From positions 593,881 through 657,880 of the forward strand of contig JANQOU010000006.1 of assembly GCA_028285585.1 (NCBI GenBank): a stretch of 64,000 bases of DNA. Reading direction: 5' to 3'. The number at the start of each line of letters is the position of its first letter. Positions within the stretch are counted from its first letter, which is position 1. A program made the position numbers and the translations under genes. Positions 1 through 9,363 of this stretch are shown here, in pieces. Below the pieces are notes generated by a model. That model worked only from the letters and a program-made list of their open reading frames with translations. It did no database searches and was not told the origin of the DNA. The DNA is from Acidimicrobiia bacterium (GTDB taxonomy: Bacteria; Actinomycetota; Acidimicrobiia; Spongiisociales; ZC4RG35).

Positions 1-747
1 GTGTGGTCGATGACAGGTAACACAACGCCGCCAGCAGCAGGTGAGATCACAGAGAGAGGTCGGAAGCGACTCGGGCGCGCACAGGAATCGATCTCCGGCA
101 GTGGACTTCTCCCGTCACATGAAGACGATCTTCGTGGGTTCCTCGGGCCCCTCAGCGAAGTCCGCTGGGGTTCAGCTGTCGTTCTCAACGACTCTGCTGA
201 ACGGCAAGCGCGGATGTTCTTCGATCGAATCCATCCTGATCCGACATTCCTCGCCAAGGGTGTGCTGGCTGCCGACCACGCGGAGGGAATGTCCAGATGG
301 GACGCTCTGGCGGTTGTACTGCGATTGAGGATGTTGGAGCACCCGTCTCTTCAACTATTCGAGGACGGCCTCCGCATCACAGCCAATGCCACCTCGGAAT
401 TGATCATGGACGGCCTGATGGAGGGTCACGGAGACCCCCCACAAATCAAATGGTCGCCGGGCGAGTCCGGTGTCGTGGTCAGTCGCCAACGTCGTTTTGC
501 GCGTCCAGCGGTCGTGCTGTTGCAAGAACGTCTCGCTGCCCAAATCGGCTATCTCGACGCTTTGCTGAGCCAGTCGTCCGTTCGGTTCTTGCTCGCATCT
601 CCTGACGAATACCGACAGGTCTTCCAACCCCTCGTGTCGATCTACATGCAGGGCTACCTCATCGACTACGAACAGTGGATATTCACGAACGCCGAATCCG
701 AGGACCTTGGGCCTCTTCCCAGTCTCGATCCGAGACCGAGGGTTTAG
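1..747 (+). CDS. hypothetical protein; ORF is open from window position 1 so the true 5' end may lie outside the window
   Basis: 248-aa six-frame ORF with GC3-rich codon usage; no recognisable family motif. Confidence 0.3.
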   Translation: MWSMTGNTTPPAAGEITERGRKRLGRAQESISGSGLLPSHEDDLRGFLGPLSEVRWGSAVVLNDSAERQARMFFDRIHPDPTFLAKGVLAADHAEGMSRWDALAVVLRLRMLEHPSLQLFEDGLRITANATSELIMDGLMEGHGDPPQIKWSPGESGVVVSRQRRFARPAVVLLQERLAAQIGYLDALLSQSSVRFLLASPDEYRQVFQPLVSIYMQGYLIDYEQWIFTNAESEDLGPLPSLDPRPRV

Positions 748-778
748 CAGCGGAGACCTGAGGCTGGAGGAAGGCAAG

Positions 779-1309
779 ATGGTGGGTGCCCTCGCAATAG
801 TCGTATACCTGGGCCTGACCTTGTGGGTTTGGGCTACTTACGGCATTCCCGCCGGTTTGACGGTCGCGGTTGCGGGGTTCATCGCACTGAACCTCCTCGG
901 ACCCAAACTCGACCACTACCTGGCTGGAAGTAGCCAGGCCAACGCCGAATCGACATACGACCGGAAGCTCCAAACCCTAATGGCCCAGCGTTCCGGCCCG
1001 GGAGGACTTCCAGGTGATCTGGCGTTTCTGTCAGCCTGTGCACTGCTCCCACCGCAAGGAACACTGCTCGCAAGGTTCGACCGTCTCACGCGAGAGAATC
1101 GGGGCTACCTACGCCAGGTACGAACAGTGGCCAATCGTTCCCCTCACTGGCACCTACCAATCCCGCCAGAAACCACCGACCAGTTGGAAGAGGACAGTCT
1201 CAGACGACTCGACGAGTATCGGACCCTAGGCGAAGTTCACGATGACCCATATCTCCAAGATTGGGTTGATCGCGTACTCGCCACGTACTCGACTTGGTAC
1301 GAGGATTAG
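779..1309 (+). CDS. hypothetical membrane protein (2 predicted TM helices at N-terminus)
   Basis: ORF 707..1309; internal Met MVGALAIVVYLGLTLWVWATYGIPAGLTVAVAGFIAL starts a hydrophobic segment; start chosen to avoid overlap with preceding ORF. Confidence 0.35.
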   Translation: MVGALAIVVYLGLTLWVWATYGIPAGLTVAVAGFIALNLLGPKLDHYLAGSSQANAESTYDRKLQTLMAQRSGPGGLPGDLAFLSACALLPPQGTLLARFDRLTRENRGYLRQVRTVANRSPHWHLPIPPETTDQLEEDSLRRLDEYRTLGEVHDDPYLQDWVDRVLATYSTWYED

Positions 1310-1449
1310 GCGCCCCGGGCCCCCCAACGACCCGCGAACCGGAGTGTTGCATTTCGTGACCCCTTACCTCCTATCCCAACTTTGGTTTGACCTAGTGGCC
1401 GGTTGACGCGACCATGATGTGCTGACTCCCCCTCTCGAGAGGTTTTTGC

Positions 1450-1542
1450 ATGGGTTCGCTTGTCAAAAAGCGCCGAAAGAAGATGTCAAAGCACAAGTAC
1501 CGCAAGCGTCTGAAGGCAAACAGGCACAAGCGGAAACGATGA
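1450..1542 (+). CDS. 30S ribosomal protein bS22 (30-aa lysine/arginine-rich protein; not in ORF track because <60 aa)
   Basis: ATG at 1450, translation MGSLVKKRRKKMSKHKYRKRLKANRHKRKR, TGA at 1540-1542; matches the actinobacterial bS22 family pattern M-G-S-x-x-K-K-R-R-K-x-M-x-K-x-K-x-R-K; followed by a hairpin terminator. Confidence 0.7.
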   Translation: MGSLVKKRRKKMSKHKYRKRLKANRHKRKR

Positions 1543-1546
1543 CTTT

Positions 1547-1578
1547 GAGACCGGGCCTTTGGCCCGGTCTTCTCTTGT
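1547..1578. terminator. stem-loop (GAGACCGGGCC-TTT-GGCCCGGTCT) followed by TCTCTTGTC; shared terminator for convergent bS22 (+) and membrane protein gene (-)
   Basis: 10-11 bp GC-rich inverted repeat with 3-nt loop and T-rich tail read directly from sequence. Confidence 0.5.
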
Positions 1579-1949
1579 CAGACCTGGGTAGCCACCCAGA
1601 GGATGACCAGCGACACGACCAGGATCGCTCCTTGGATCATTCCCCTGGTTCGGGGCGACTGCTGACTGCCGGCGATCGAATGCCATCCGGCCAGCATCGC
1701 CACCAAGAGCACCAGCCCGATCTTGACTGCCAGCGTCTGAGACCAGAAGTCGACGGCCATGTAGCCGCCGGTGAGCACCAGCAGTCCCAACGCCGACCAG
1801 GAGATGACCCCGAACCGGCGCGCCATCGCCTTGATCACCTCTCGGTCGTCGGTGGCTCGCCTCACCGCGGGGACCAGCCCGCCGAGAACGATCAGCCCAC
1901 CGATCCAGACGGTGGCTCCAAGCAGGTGCAGGTAGAAGACGACACTCAT
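1578..1949 (-). CDS. small integral membrane protein (about 4 TM); weak resemblance to CopD-type copper-resistance membrane domain
   Basis: 123-aa ORF, strongly hydrophobic (HLLGATVWIGGLIVLGGLVP..., LVLLVAMLAGW...); lies about 1 kb from the copper operon. Confidence 0.45.
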   Translation of the reverse strand: MSVVFYLHLLGATVWIGGLIVLGGLVPAVRRATDDREVIKAMARRFGVISWSALGLLVLTGGYMAVDFWSQTLAVKIGLVLLVAMLAGWHSIAGSQQSPRTRGMIQGAILVVSLVILWVATQV

Positions 1950-1950
1950 A

Positions 1951-2000
1951 GCTGAGGTGATTGTGACCGTATTTGGGCGTTATTACCTGAGGTTGCGGGT
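1951..2000. repeat. half-copy (solo terminal inverted repeat) of dispersed nested-palindrome element family (see 16349-16471)
   Basis: GACCGTATTTGGGCGTTATTACCTGAGGTTGCGG matches the reverse complement of the left TIR of the copies at 16349 and 46159. Confidence 0.5.
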
Positions 2001-2012
2001 GCGGGGGTTGTT

Positions 2013-2843
2013 TCAGCGTTGGTCGCGTAGGAAGTCTTCGATTTCTGCGACGAGGCGGTCGCTCTGCTCATCCTCTTCGTCGGCGTCCTGCTCCAGCCGC
2101 TCCACGTAGCGGAGCAACTCGTCGTTGCCCTCGATCGCCTCGTCGACGGTCGACAGGAAGTGACGGGTCGCAGTCGTCAGGTCTCCGATGTCCAGCGAGA
2201 TCCCGGCCAGCTCTGCGGCCTTGATCGCGAGAGCCTCGGTGCCCGGCGGATACTCCTGGTTCGACAGATAGTGGGGCACGGCTGCCCACACCGAGATGAC
2301 GTCGATACCTGCCTGCCCCAGGACGTGGTTGAGTACCCCGACTATGCCCGTTGGGCCTTCATACCCTGACGGGAGCAGATCGTGCATCGAAAGCGTGTCG
2401 GGCATGGTCGCCGAGCCCACCAGGGGCACGGGGAGAGTGTGAGCCACCTGGCCGATGAACGCACCCATCGTGATGGCCCGAGTCACTCCGAGCCCGGCGA
2501 GCGCATCCACCAGGTCGCCGGTGAAGGTCTTCCACCTGTAGTGAGGCTCCTCTCCGACGATGACAAGGACGTCTCGCCCTTCCACCCGGAGATGATGTAT
2601 CTCGTTTCTCGGCCAAGAGATGTCGCGCACGCCTGAGGAGTCGAGTTCGACGATCGGCCGGCGGACCTGGAAGTCAAAGTGCTCGTCCGGGTCGATGATC
2701 GCAACCAGCTCGCTGTCGACATGGGAGAGAAAGGCAAGCGCCGCCTGGCTCGAGGACTCGCCGGCGTCGCCCCAGCCCTCGAAGGCGATCACAGCAGTGG
2801 GTTGATGGAGGACTGGCCGGCTGACCCATTCCAACGATGCCAT
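2013..2843 (-). CDS. PAC2 (proteasome assembly chaperone 2-like) family protein
   Basis: 276 aa; N-terminal AVIAFEGWGDAGESSS and overall architecture typical of actinobacterial PAC2-family proteins; acidic C-terminal tail. Confidence 0.65.
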   Translation of the reverse strand: MASLEWVSRPVLHQPTAVIAFEGWGDAGESSSQAALAFLSHVDSELVAIIDPDEHFDFQVRRPIVELDSSGVRDISWPRNEIHHLRVEGRDVLVIVGEEPHYRWKTFTGDLVDALAGLGVTRAITMGAFIGQVAHTLPVPLVGSATMPDTLSMHDLLPSGYEGPTGIVGVLNHVLGQAGIDVISVWAAVPHYLSNQEYPPGTEALAIKAAELAGISLDIGDLTTATRHFLSTVDEAIEGNDELLRYVERLEQDADEEDEQSDRLVAEIEDFLRDQR

Positions 2844-2877
2844 CAGTTCAACCTACACCTCAGGCGCCGGTATGGGA

Positions 2878-5049
2878 TCAGAACCAGAAGGCCCTGAACC
2901 GCCGCAGCCGGAGTGCGTTGAGCACGACCGACACCGACGACAACGCCATTGCCCCGGCAGCGATCGTCGGGCTGAGCATCCCAGCCGCCGCAAGGGGGAT
3001 CGCAGCGGTGTTGTAGAGGAAAGCCCAGACCAGGTTGCTCCGAATCGTCCTGAAGGTCGACTGCGCAAGCTCGACAGCCGTCGGCGCCAGTCGCGGATCG
3101 TCGTTGAGTAGCACGATGTCACCGGCCTCAACCGCGACACCGGTTCCCGAGCCCACCGCCAAGCCGAGGTCGGCCTGGGTCAAGGCAGGGGCGTCGTTCA
3201 CCCCGTCCCCGAGAAACGCCACGGTCTCGCCGCGGCCTTGGAGCTCGGCGACGTGTTTCGCCTTGGTCTCGGGAGTGGCCTCCGCGTACACCTCCTCGAT
3301 GCCGACCATGTCGCCGACACGACGGGCCGTGGTTGGGTTGTCACCGGTTACCAGAGCGGTGGCGATCCCCAAACCGTGCAGCCGCTCGACAGCGGACTTC
3401 GCTTCGGGCCGAAGGCTGTCGGACACCTCGATCACACCTCGAGCAGAGCCACCCCAGCCTGCGAGAAAGCTGGTGTGGCCACGCTTTTCACCGGTCTCAA
3501 CAGCTTCCAGCCACTTCGGCTCTACGACGTAGCCGTTCTCCTCGAAGAGAAGCGGTGTCCCGACGAGGACTTCGGTCCCGTCGACAGTGCCGGTCGCTCC
3601 CATCCCCGGTATCGACTCGAGATCGGTCACCTGCTCCAGCTGGACGTCTGCCTCGTCGGCGGCGAGACCCACTGCGATGCCAATGGGATGGCCGGAAGCG
3701 ACTTCGACGGAGCCGGCGAGACGGAGGAACTCGGTGTCCAGCTCGTCGGTCGTGAAGCCCTTTGGGGTCATGATCCCGGTGGTCAGCGTCCCGGTCTTGT
3801 CGAACAGCAGAGTGTCGATTGACCGGGCGCCTTCGAACACCTCGGCTTGCTTGAACAAGATTCCCAGTTCGGCGCCTCGCCCACTCCCGACCATGACCGC
3901 AGTCGGTGTCGCCAGGCCAAGAGCACAGGGGCAGGCGATGATCAGGACGGCGACGGCGATCTGCACCGCCTGACCGACAGAATCGCCGAAGAACAGCCAG
4001 AAGCCGAAGACAAACAGGGCAATGAGCAGGACGACTTGGACGAATCGCGCCGAGTAGGCGTCGGCCAGCCGCTGAATGGGAGCTTTTGAGCCTTGGGCCT
4101 CCTCGACCATCTTGACAATCCCGGACAGCACCGTGTCGCTGCCAACTCTCGTCGCCTCGATGATCAGCTGGCCGGCCTGGTTCAAGGTGGCTCCCACCAC
4201 CTCATCGCCGGCGGCCTTGGGCACCGGCATCGGCTCGCCAGTCAGCATCGACTCATCGACGGTGCTCGTCCCTTCGATGACCACCCCGTCGGTGGGGATG
4301 CGGTCGCCAGGCCCGACCAGAAGCCGGTCGCCGGGGATGACGTCTTCGATGGAGATCTTCGACTGGCCGTCTTTGGTGATGATCGTCGCCTCTGTGGCAC
4401 CCAGTTGAAGCAGCCGGTGGACAGCCGACGAGGCGTTGCCTTTGGCTCGCGCCTCGAAGACCTTCCCGAGGGTGATCAGGGTGATGATCATCCCTGACGT
4501 CTCGAAGAAGACTGCCTGTCCGGAGGGCAGCACCGCCATGGAGTAGAAGTAGGCAGCCAGTGACCCAAGCGAGATGAGTGAGTCCATGCTTGCCTCACCC
4601 TGCTTGGCGAGCTTCCAGGCCCGAGTGTGGAACTGCGAGCCGGCCCAGAACACGACTGGAGTCACCAGCGCCCATTGCACCAGCGAGTTCCACAACGCGT
4701 GTGGTCCCGCCAGATGCAAGACCATCGCAGGAGCAGTGAAGGCGAATGCGATCCAGAAGCGGCCGCGTTGCTCACGCTCCTCCTCGGAGTACATCTCGAC
4801 TACGTCGCGCTGCTCGTGCTCGGGATCGCGCGAGGTGAGGCCGTATCCGATGTTGTCGACGGCCGCCATCAGTTCGTCGGCAGCGACGCCGGGCGTCACG
4901 CGGACCGCCGCGGACGCTCCTGCGAGGTTGACGGCGGCGTTCTCGACACCCTTTTGGCGCGCGAGTATCCGCTCGACTCTGACCGCGCACGTGGCGCAGG
5001 TCATCCCGTCGACGTCGAAGAAGAGGGTCTCTGTGGCCTGGTCAGGCAA
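2878..5049 (-). CDS. copA: copper-translocating P1B-type ATPase (CopA/CtpA-like)
   Basis: N-terminal HMA domain [12 protein letters not shown]; CPC motif [12 protein letters not shown]; DKTGTLT phosphorylation site; [10 protein letters not shown] hinge. ORF extends to ATG 5142 but that overlaps copZ by 100 nt; a TTG at 5049 overlapping the copZ stop by 8 nt is the more plausible start. Confidence 0.85.
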   Translation of the reverse strand: MPDQATETLFFDVDGMTCATCAVRVERILARQKGVENAAVNLAGASAAVRVTPGVAADELMAAVDNIGYGLTSRDPEHEQRDVVEMYSEEEREQRGRFWIAFAFTAPAMVLHLAGPHALWNSLVQWALVTPVVFWAGSQFHTRAWKLAKQGEASMDSLISLGSLAAYFYSMAVLPSGQAVFFETSGMIITLITLGKVFEARAKGNASSAVHRLLQLGATEATIITKDGQSKISIEDVIPGDRLLVGPGDRIPTDGVVIEGTSTVDESMLTGEPMPVPKAAGDEVVGATLNQAGQLIIEATRVGSDTVLSGIVKMVEEAQGSKAPIQRLADAYSARFVQVVLLIALFVFGFWLFFGDSVGQAVQIAVAVLIIACPCALGLATPTAVMVGSGRGAELGILFKQAEVFEGARSIDTLLFDKTGTLTTGIMTPKGFTTDELDTEFLRLAGSVEVASGHPIGIAVGLAADEADVQLEQVTDLESIPGMGATGTVDGTEVLVGTPLLFEENGYVVEPKWLEAVETGEKRGHTSFLAGWGGSARGVIEVSDSLRPEAKSAVERLHGLGIATALVTGDNPTTARRVGDMVGIEEVYAEATPETKAKHVAELQGRGETVAFLGDGVNDAPALTQADLGLAVGSGTGVAVEAGDIVLLNDDPRLAPTAVELAQSTFRTIRSNLVWAFLYNTAAIPLAAAGMLSPTIAAGAMALSSVSVVLNALRLRRFRAFWF

Positions 5050-5251
5050 CGACGCTGTACCCCTGGTTCTCGATGGTCGTCTTGATGGCGTCAAGACCGA
5101 CCGAGCCCTCGTCGAAAGCAACGTCGATGGTGGCGTCCGCAACTGTCACCTCGACGGTGTCGACTCCGTCGAGCGCCCCAACTGCTCCTTCGAGGCTGCT
5201 CTTGCAGTGGTCGCAGTGAACTTCGGGGACTTGCAGTTGAACTTGTGTCAT
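5042..5251 (-). CDS. copZ: copper chaperone CopZ-like (single HMA domain, HCDHC metal site)
   Basis: [49 protein letters not shown]... ferredoxin-like HMA fold with CxxC; start at internal Met 5251 to avoid overlap with upstream regulator. Confidence 0.65.
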   Translation of the reverse strand: MTQVQLQVPEVHCDHCKSSLEGAVGALDGVDTVEVTVADATIDVAFDEGSVGLDAIKTTIENQGYSVVA

Positions 5252-5259
5252 TTGGGCTC

Positions 5260-5661
5260 CTAGCTCTGTTTGGCGATGGTCTGGCATCGATTCGGGTCGT
5301 TGCAATTTGCAGGGTCGAGCGACGTGGCCTCGTTGATCATCTTCGAGATTCGCTCCTCGGTCCTCTTCAGCTCCGAAAGCTGCTGTTGCACCTCGGAGAG
5401 GTGGTTCTCGAGAAGCGAGATGGTGTGGTGGCAGGTTTGCTCACCTTCGTCTCTCAGTTCGAGGACAACCTGGATCTCGACCAGCGACAGGCCGGCGGTC
5501 TGGGCGTCCTTGATGAAGCCGATGCGGTCGACCGCACCCGTGCCGTACGACCGGTATCCGTTGTCGAGACGTGCCGCCTCGGGAAGGATGCCGATGTCTT
5601 CGTAGTAGCGGATCGCTTTCGTCGACAGACCGGTCCGGTCTGCCAGCTCTCCGATTCTCAT
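5260..5661 (-). CDS. MerR-family heavy-metal-responsive transcriptional regulator (CueR-like)
   Basis: N-terminal HTH MRIGELADRTGLSTKAIRYYEDIGIL; coiled-coil dimerisation helix; C-terminal Cys pair CNDPNRC; first gene of the regulator-copZ-copA operon. Confidence 0.75.
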   Translation of the reverse strand: MRIGELADRTGLSTKAIRYYEDIGILPEAARLDNGYRSYGTGAVDRIGFIKDAQTAGLSLVEIQVVLELRDEGEQTCHHTISLLENHLSEVQQQLSELKRTEERISKMINEATSLDPANCNDPNRCQTIAKQS

Positions 5662-5682
5662 AACGCCATTGTATCAGAGAAA

Positions 5683-5702
5683 CCTTCCAGTCAGCTAGAA
5701 GG
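5683..5702. promoter_or_regulatory. CueR/MerR-type operator dyad CCTTCCAGTCAGCTAGAAGG 20-40 nt upstream of the MerR-family gene start
   Basis: Dyad CCTTCCAG-N4-CTAGAAGG read from sequence; resembles the CCTTCC-N-GGAAGG dyad of CueR-regulated promoters (established for E. coli copA). Confidence 0.45.
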
Positions 5703-5727
5703 TTGACATAGACCCGTCTCGCACAAT

Positions 5728-5757
5728 GAGAGCCCCGGCATAAAGCCGGGGCTCTCG
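5728..5757. terminator. perfect hairpin GAGAGCCCCGGC-ATAAA-GCCGGGGCTCTC followed by GGGTTCT; likely terminator of the small Cys-rich gene, insulating the copper operon
   Basis: 12-bp perfect inverted repeat with 5-nt loop read from sequence. Confidence 0.5.
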
Positions 5758-5840
5758 GGTTCTGGCTGGGGACGGGGAGGGGGAGAGGACCTGTACCCAA
5801 CCAGAGATCTATTCAGCTGAGCATCCACACTCGTGTGTGT

Positions 5841-6038
5841 TCAGGCCTCCGCTTCGTCCATGATCTTGCCGCGGACCCGGGGGAACCGGATCGGGGCATG
5901 GGCGTGGCAATACTCGGCTTTATTGTACTGGGAAAGCTTGGTCTCACACCCTGGCTGGGCGCAAACCCTGTCTTTGGCGAAGCGCTTCGAGGGGCGGGTA
6001 ACACCCTTGATCGCAGCTCCTCTGACTGTGTCACTCAT
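5841..6038 (-). CDS. small Cys/His-rich zinc-ribbon-like protein
   Basis: 65 aa, basic; motif CAQPGC-x14-CHAH (C-x4-C ... C-x-H); own terminator downstream. Confidence 0.4.
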   Translation of the reverse strand: MSDTVRGAAIKGVTRPSKRFAKDRVCAQPGCETKLSQYNKAEYCHAHAPIRFPRVRGKIMDEAEA

Positions 6039-6208
6039 ATGTCTGGCCCTCCTGGTCCGGGCCCGTTAGGGAAAACGTTCTTCTGGCTTCAGGTGGTTTC
6101 TGTGAGGATTGGCCCACAATCCTTGATGAAGCACTCAAATAGTGCAACTCGACCGGTCAAACGGACGTAAATCACCCTCTCCGATTGGCATTAGGACGCC
6201 GGAAACCC

Positions 6209-8164
6209 CTATTCAGTTCCCGAAATGCCGAGCTTCCGTAGAAACGCCTCGTTGTTGGGCTTTCTTCCCAGAAAGTCTCTCAGCATCTCGTCGGGGTCCA
6301 CGGTTCCTCCCCGCTCCAGCACAGTATGGCGGTAAGCCATTCCGACTGCGGGGTTTGTGACGCCTTCGTCCTCGAATTTCGAGAACATGTCGTCTCCGAA
6401 TACTTCCGACCACATGTAGCCGTAGTAACTGGAGTCATATCCTCCCATCAAATGCCCGAATGATGCAAGTCCAAACGTCCCCTCATGGGTCGGCATCATC
6501 GAGATCTGGGAGCCCTCCTCATGGATTTGATGCAGGTCCCGGTCCGGCCCGCCGTGGATCTCCTGGTCCCACCACCCGTATTGCATCTGTCGCAGTTGGA
6601 AGATGGCCGTGTTGAGGTTGCGGGCGGCTACCAGCTGGTCGACCAACTCATCCGGGATCGCCTCGCCGGTTTCGTAGTGCTTGGCGAACCGCTTGAGCAC
6701 GTCGGTCCGCCAAATCCAATGCTGCATGATCTGGCTTGGAGCCTCGACGAAGTCACGTTCCACGTTGGTGCCCGAGAAACGAGCCAGCTCGGTTCTGCCC
6801 AGGTTCTGGTGGAGGACGTGACCGAACTCGTGGAACAACGTCTCGACTTCGCCGTGCTGGAGCAGTGAAGGAGCGTCGTCAGTCGGCTTGGTGAAGTTGG
6901 CGACCATCGCACACGTCGGGTTTTGGTACGTGCCGTCCTCGAGCCGCCGGCTCGGGATCAGCGGGAACTCGGCGGCGTGGCCGTACTTGCCCTCGCGAGG
7001 GAAGAGGTCGAGATAGAACCGGGACAGCTCCTCCCCAGTCTCCGCTTCGAGGATGGCGAACAGCTGCACGTCTTCGTGCCAGGCGTCGAACTCCTCGATC
7101 TCACTGAACTCGATGCCGAACATCTCCGAGGTCAGCTCGAACATGCCGTCGAGCACCTGGCCCAACGGGAAGTACTTGGCCACCTCGAAGTTGTCTACCC
7201 CGTATTCCGTCTTCCGCTGCTGGGTGTCATAGAACGCCGAGTCCCACGTCTGGACCTGGCGCTCGCCGGTGTCAGCCTCGAGCAATTCCGATATGGCGGC
7301 GAGCTCTTGCTTTGCCTTCTCGGTCAGAGGGCCGCGGAGGCCGGCGTAGAACTCCCTGACCCGGTCCGGGGTCTTCGCCATGCGCTCCTCGAGACGATGA
7401 TGCGACCAGGTGGGATGCCCGAAGGCCTCCGCTATCTCCTGTCGCAAGGCAGCGGCCTCGGCGAGGATCGCGCCGTTCTCTTCGGCCGCGACGGTGTTGA
7501 ACTTGTACCGCAGCTCCTCCCTGTGCTTGCGGCTGGTGGCGTTCTCCACGAACGGGATCAGGTGCGGATAGGCAATGGTGACTTTGTGCTTGCCCGTCTC
7601 CTCGTCGATATCGAGGGCGTCGATGAAGCTGTCGGGCAAACCTTCCAGCTCCTCTCGTGTCACCAGGATCTCGTCGTCCCACTCATCGATGTTCTGCTGG
7701 AACTGGATGCCAAGAGTGATCAGGCGCTCGGTCTTCTCCTTCACCGACGCCCGGACCTCTGGATCCAGGTCGTGACCGGCGCGGCGGAGATCCCGGAGTG
7801 TGAAGTCGAGGAACCTGGCTTCCTCTCCCGTCAGGGAAGCGGCCTCATCGGTTGCCGCGTACTCCTGGACGGCCTCGTTCAGGTCGGGGCGGAAGATCAT
7901 CTCCACGCCGAACTGGCTGTTCCTTTCCTGGGCGGCGTTGCCGGCGTCACGGACCTCCTTGTTCGGATGCACAGAGCCCATGAAGGCGTAGTCGGTGTTG
8001 GAGTGGCTGAGGATGTCGCTGATCCGATCGAGCGGGCGAAGCGTGTTGTCAAACGTCCGCTCCTCCTTCGGAGCCACCAGCTCGTCGAGAACCGCTTTGG
8101 CCTGCTCGATGGCGGCTTCGGTGCCCTGCTCGATCTGAGCAGCGGTGATGGTTGAGTAAGACAT
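6209..8164 (-). CDS. M3-family zinc metallo-oligopeptidase (Dcp / thimet oligopeptidase-like)
   Basis: 651 aa; HEFGHVLH zinc-binding motif and downstream E ligand; overall length typical of M3A/M3 peptidases. Confidence 0.85.
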   Translation of the reverse strand: MSYSTITAAQIEQGTEAAIEQAKAVLDELVAPKEERTFDNTLRPLDRISDILSHSNTDYAFMGSVHPNKEVRDAGNAAQERNSQFGVEMIFRPDLNEAVQEYAATDEAASLTGEEARFLDFTLRDLRRAGHDLDPEVRASVKEKTERLITLGIQFQQNIDEWDDEILVTREELEGLPDSFIDALDIDEETGKHKVTIAYPHLIPFVENATSRKHREELRYKFNTVAAEENGAILAEAAALRQEIAEAFGHPTWSHHRLEERMAKTPDRVREFYAGLRGPLTEKAKQELAAISELLEADTGERQVQTWDSAFYDTQQRKTEYGVDNFEVAKYFPLGQVLDGMFELTSEMFGIEFSEIEEFDAWHEDVQLFAILEAETGEELSRFYLDLFPREGKYGHAAEFPLIPSRRLEDGTYQNPTCAMVANFTKPTDDAPSLLQHGEVETLFHEFGHVLHQNLGRTELARFSGTNVERDFVEAPSQIMQHWIWRTDVLKRFAKHYETGEAIPDELVDQLVAARNLNTAIFQLRQMQYGWWDQEIHGGPDRDLHQIHEEGSQISMMPTHEGTFGLASFGHLMGGYDSSYYGYMWSEVFGDDMFSKFEDEGVTNPAVGMAYRHTVLERGGTVDPDEMLRDFLGRKPNNEAFLRKLGISGTE

Positions 8165-8202
8165 GAGTCGCTGCAGGGTAACTGGGATGTAGCGTCACAC
8201 AC

Positions 8203-9363
8203 ATGTGGTCGCTGTCGCCGGGGATGCATCACCTCAACCACGGCTCGTTTGGTGCGGTGCCCGTTGAGGTTCAGGCAAGGCAGAGCGAGTGGCGGAGCAG
8301 GTGGGAGGCGAACACCACCTCCTTCGTTGCCAAGGAGCTGACGCCTGCAGTCGAGGTGGCGAGAGAGGCTCTGGCCGAGTTTGTCGGTGCCGATGCCGCA
8401 GGTCTTGTTTTTGTCCGCAACGCGAGTCAGGGTGTTGCCTCCGTTGTGCGCTCGTTGGAGCCCGAGCTTCAGCCTGACGACGAGATCGTCACCACTTCAC
8501 ACGACTACAACGCAGTCCGGCAGACCCTCCAATACTCGGCGGCGAAGCGTGATGCGTCGGTCCGCGTGGTGGATGTCCCTTTCCCAATCGAAGAGCCGTC
8601 CCAGGTGGTGGCGGCGGTGTTGGAGCAGGTGACGGCCCGCACCAAGCTGGTTGTGATCGATCACGTCACCTCGTCGACCGGGCTCATCTTCCCCATCTCC
8701 GAGATCGTCGCAGCGCTGGAGCCCGACATCCCAGTTTTGATCGACGGTGCGCACGGCCCGGGGCAGGTGCCGCTGCGACTCGAAGAGCTTGGAGCCTCCT
8801 GGTACACGGGCAACCTGCACAAGTGGGTCTGCTCTCCTAAAGGTGCCGCCTTCCTCCACACCCGGCAAGATCGTCGTGAGATGACAGTGCCGACGGTGAT
8901 CTCCCACGCCTGGAACGCGCCGATGGCCGAAGGGTCCAGCCGCTATCAGGGGCTGTTCGACTGGACCGGCACCGATGACATGTCCCCGTGGCTGGTGGTG
9001 CCCGAGTCGATCGGTGCGGTCGGAGCGGCGCATCCCGGCGGCTGGCCGGGTGTGATGAGCCGCAACCACGATCTTGTCGTCGAAGCCCGTGGTCTGTTGG
9101 CAGACATTTTGGATGTTGAAGAGCCGGCCCCCGAGGAGATGATCGGCTCCATGGCAGCCCTCCCGCTACCGGACGGAACGGGGCAGGACCCTGGAGGCCT
9201 GCTGTCACCACTCAACTCAGAGCTGTTGGACCGTGGCTTAGAGGCCCTGGTGATGATCTGGCCGAGCTGGCCGGGCCAGATCCTCAGGGTGTCGGCCCAC
9301 CTCTACAACGAGATCGGCGAGTACCGGAAGCTGGGGGAGACCCTCAGCGACTTGGCGGGCTGA
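8203..9363 (+). CDS. class V aminotransferase / cysteine desulfurase-like PLP enzyme
   Basis: 386 aa; N-terminal HHLNHGSFGAVP; SxHK-type PLP lysine region (GNLHKWVCSPKG). Confidence 0.7.
   Translation: MWSLSPGMHHLNHGSFGAVPVEVQARQSEWRSRWEANTTSFVAKELTPAVEVAREALAEFVGADAAGLVFVRNASQGVASVVRSLEPELQPDDEIVTTSHDYNAVRQTLQYSAAKRDASVRVVDVPFPIEEPSQVVAAVLEQVTARTKLVVIDHVTSSTGLIFPISEIVAALEPDIPVLIDGAHGPGQVPLRLEELGASWYTGNLHKWVCSPKGAAFLHTRQDRREMTVPTVISHAWNAPMAEGSSRYQGLFDWTGTDDMSPWLVVPESIGAVGAAHPGGWPGVMSRNHDLVVEARGLLADILDVEEPAPEEMIGSMAALPLPDGTGQDPGGLLSPLNSELLDRGLEALVMIWPSWPGQILRVSAHLYNEIGEYRKLGETLSDLAG

Noticed and set aside
1419-1955. 178-aa plus-strand ORF covering the bS22 region
   Set aside because: It is in a different frame from the 30-codon bS22 gene and overlaps the convergent membrane-protein gene. 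Its translation is Gln/Pro/Asp/Arg-rich without features. The short bS22 reading frame and terminator explain this locus better.
5050-5142. Upstream ATG start of copA at 5142
   Set aside because: It would overlap copZ by 100 nt and adds a Ser/Arg/Thr-rich segment before the HMA domain. A TTG at 5049 gives the usual short coupled overlap.
6923-8155. 410-aa plus-strand ORF
   Set aside because: Antisense to the M3 peptidase gene. No motifs. A high-GC artefact.
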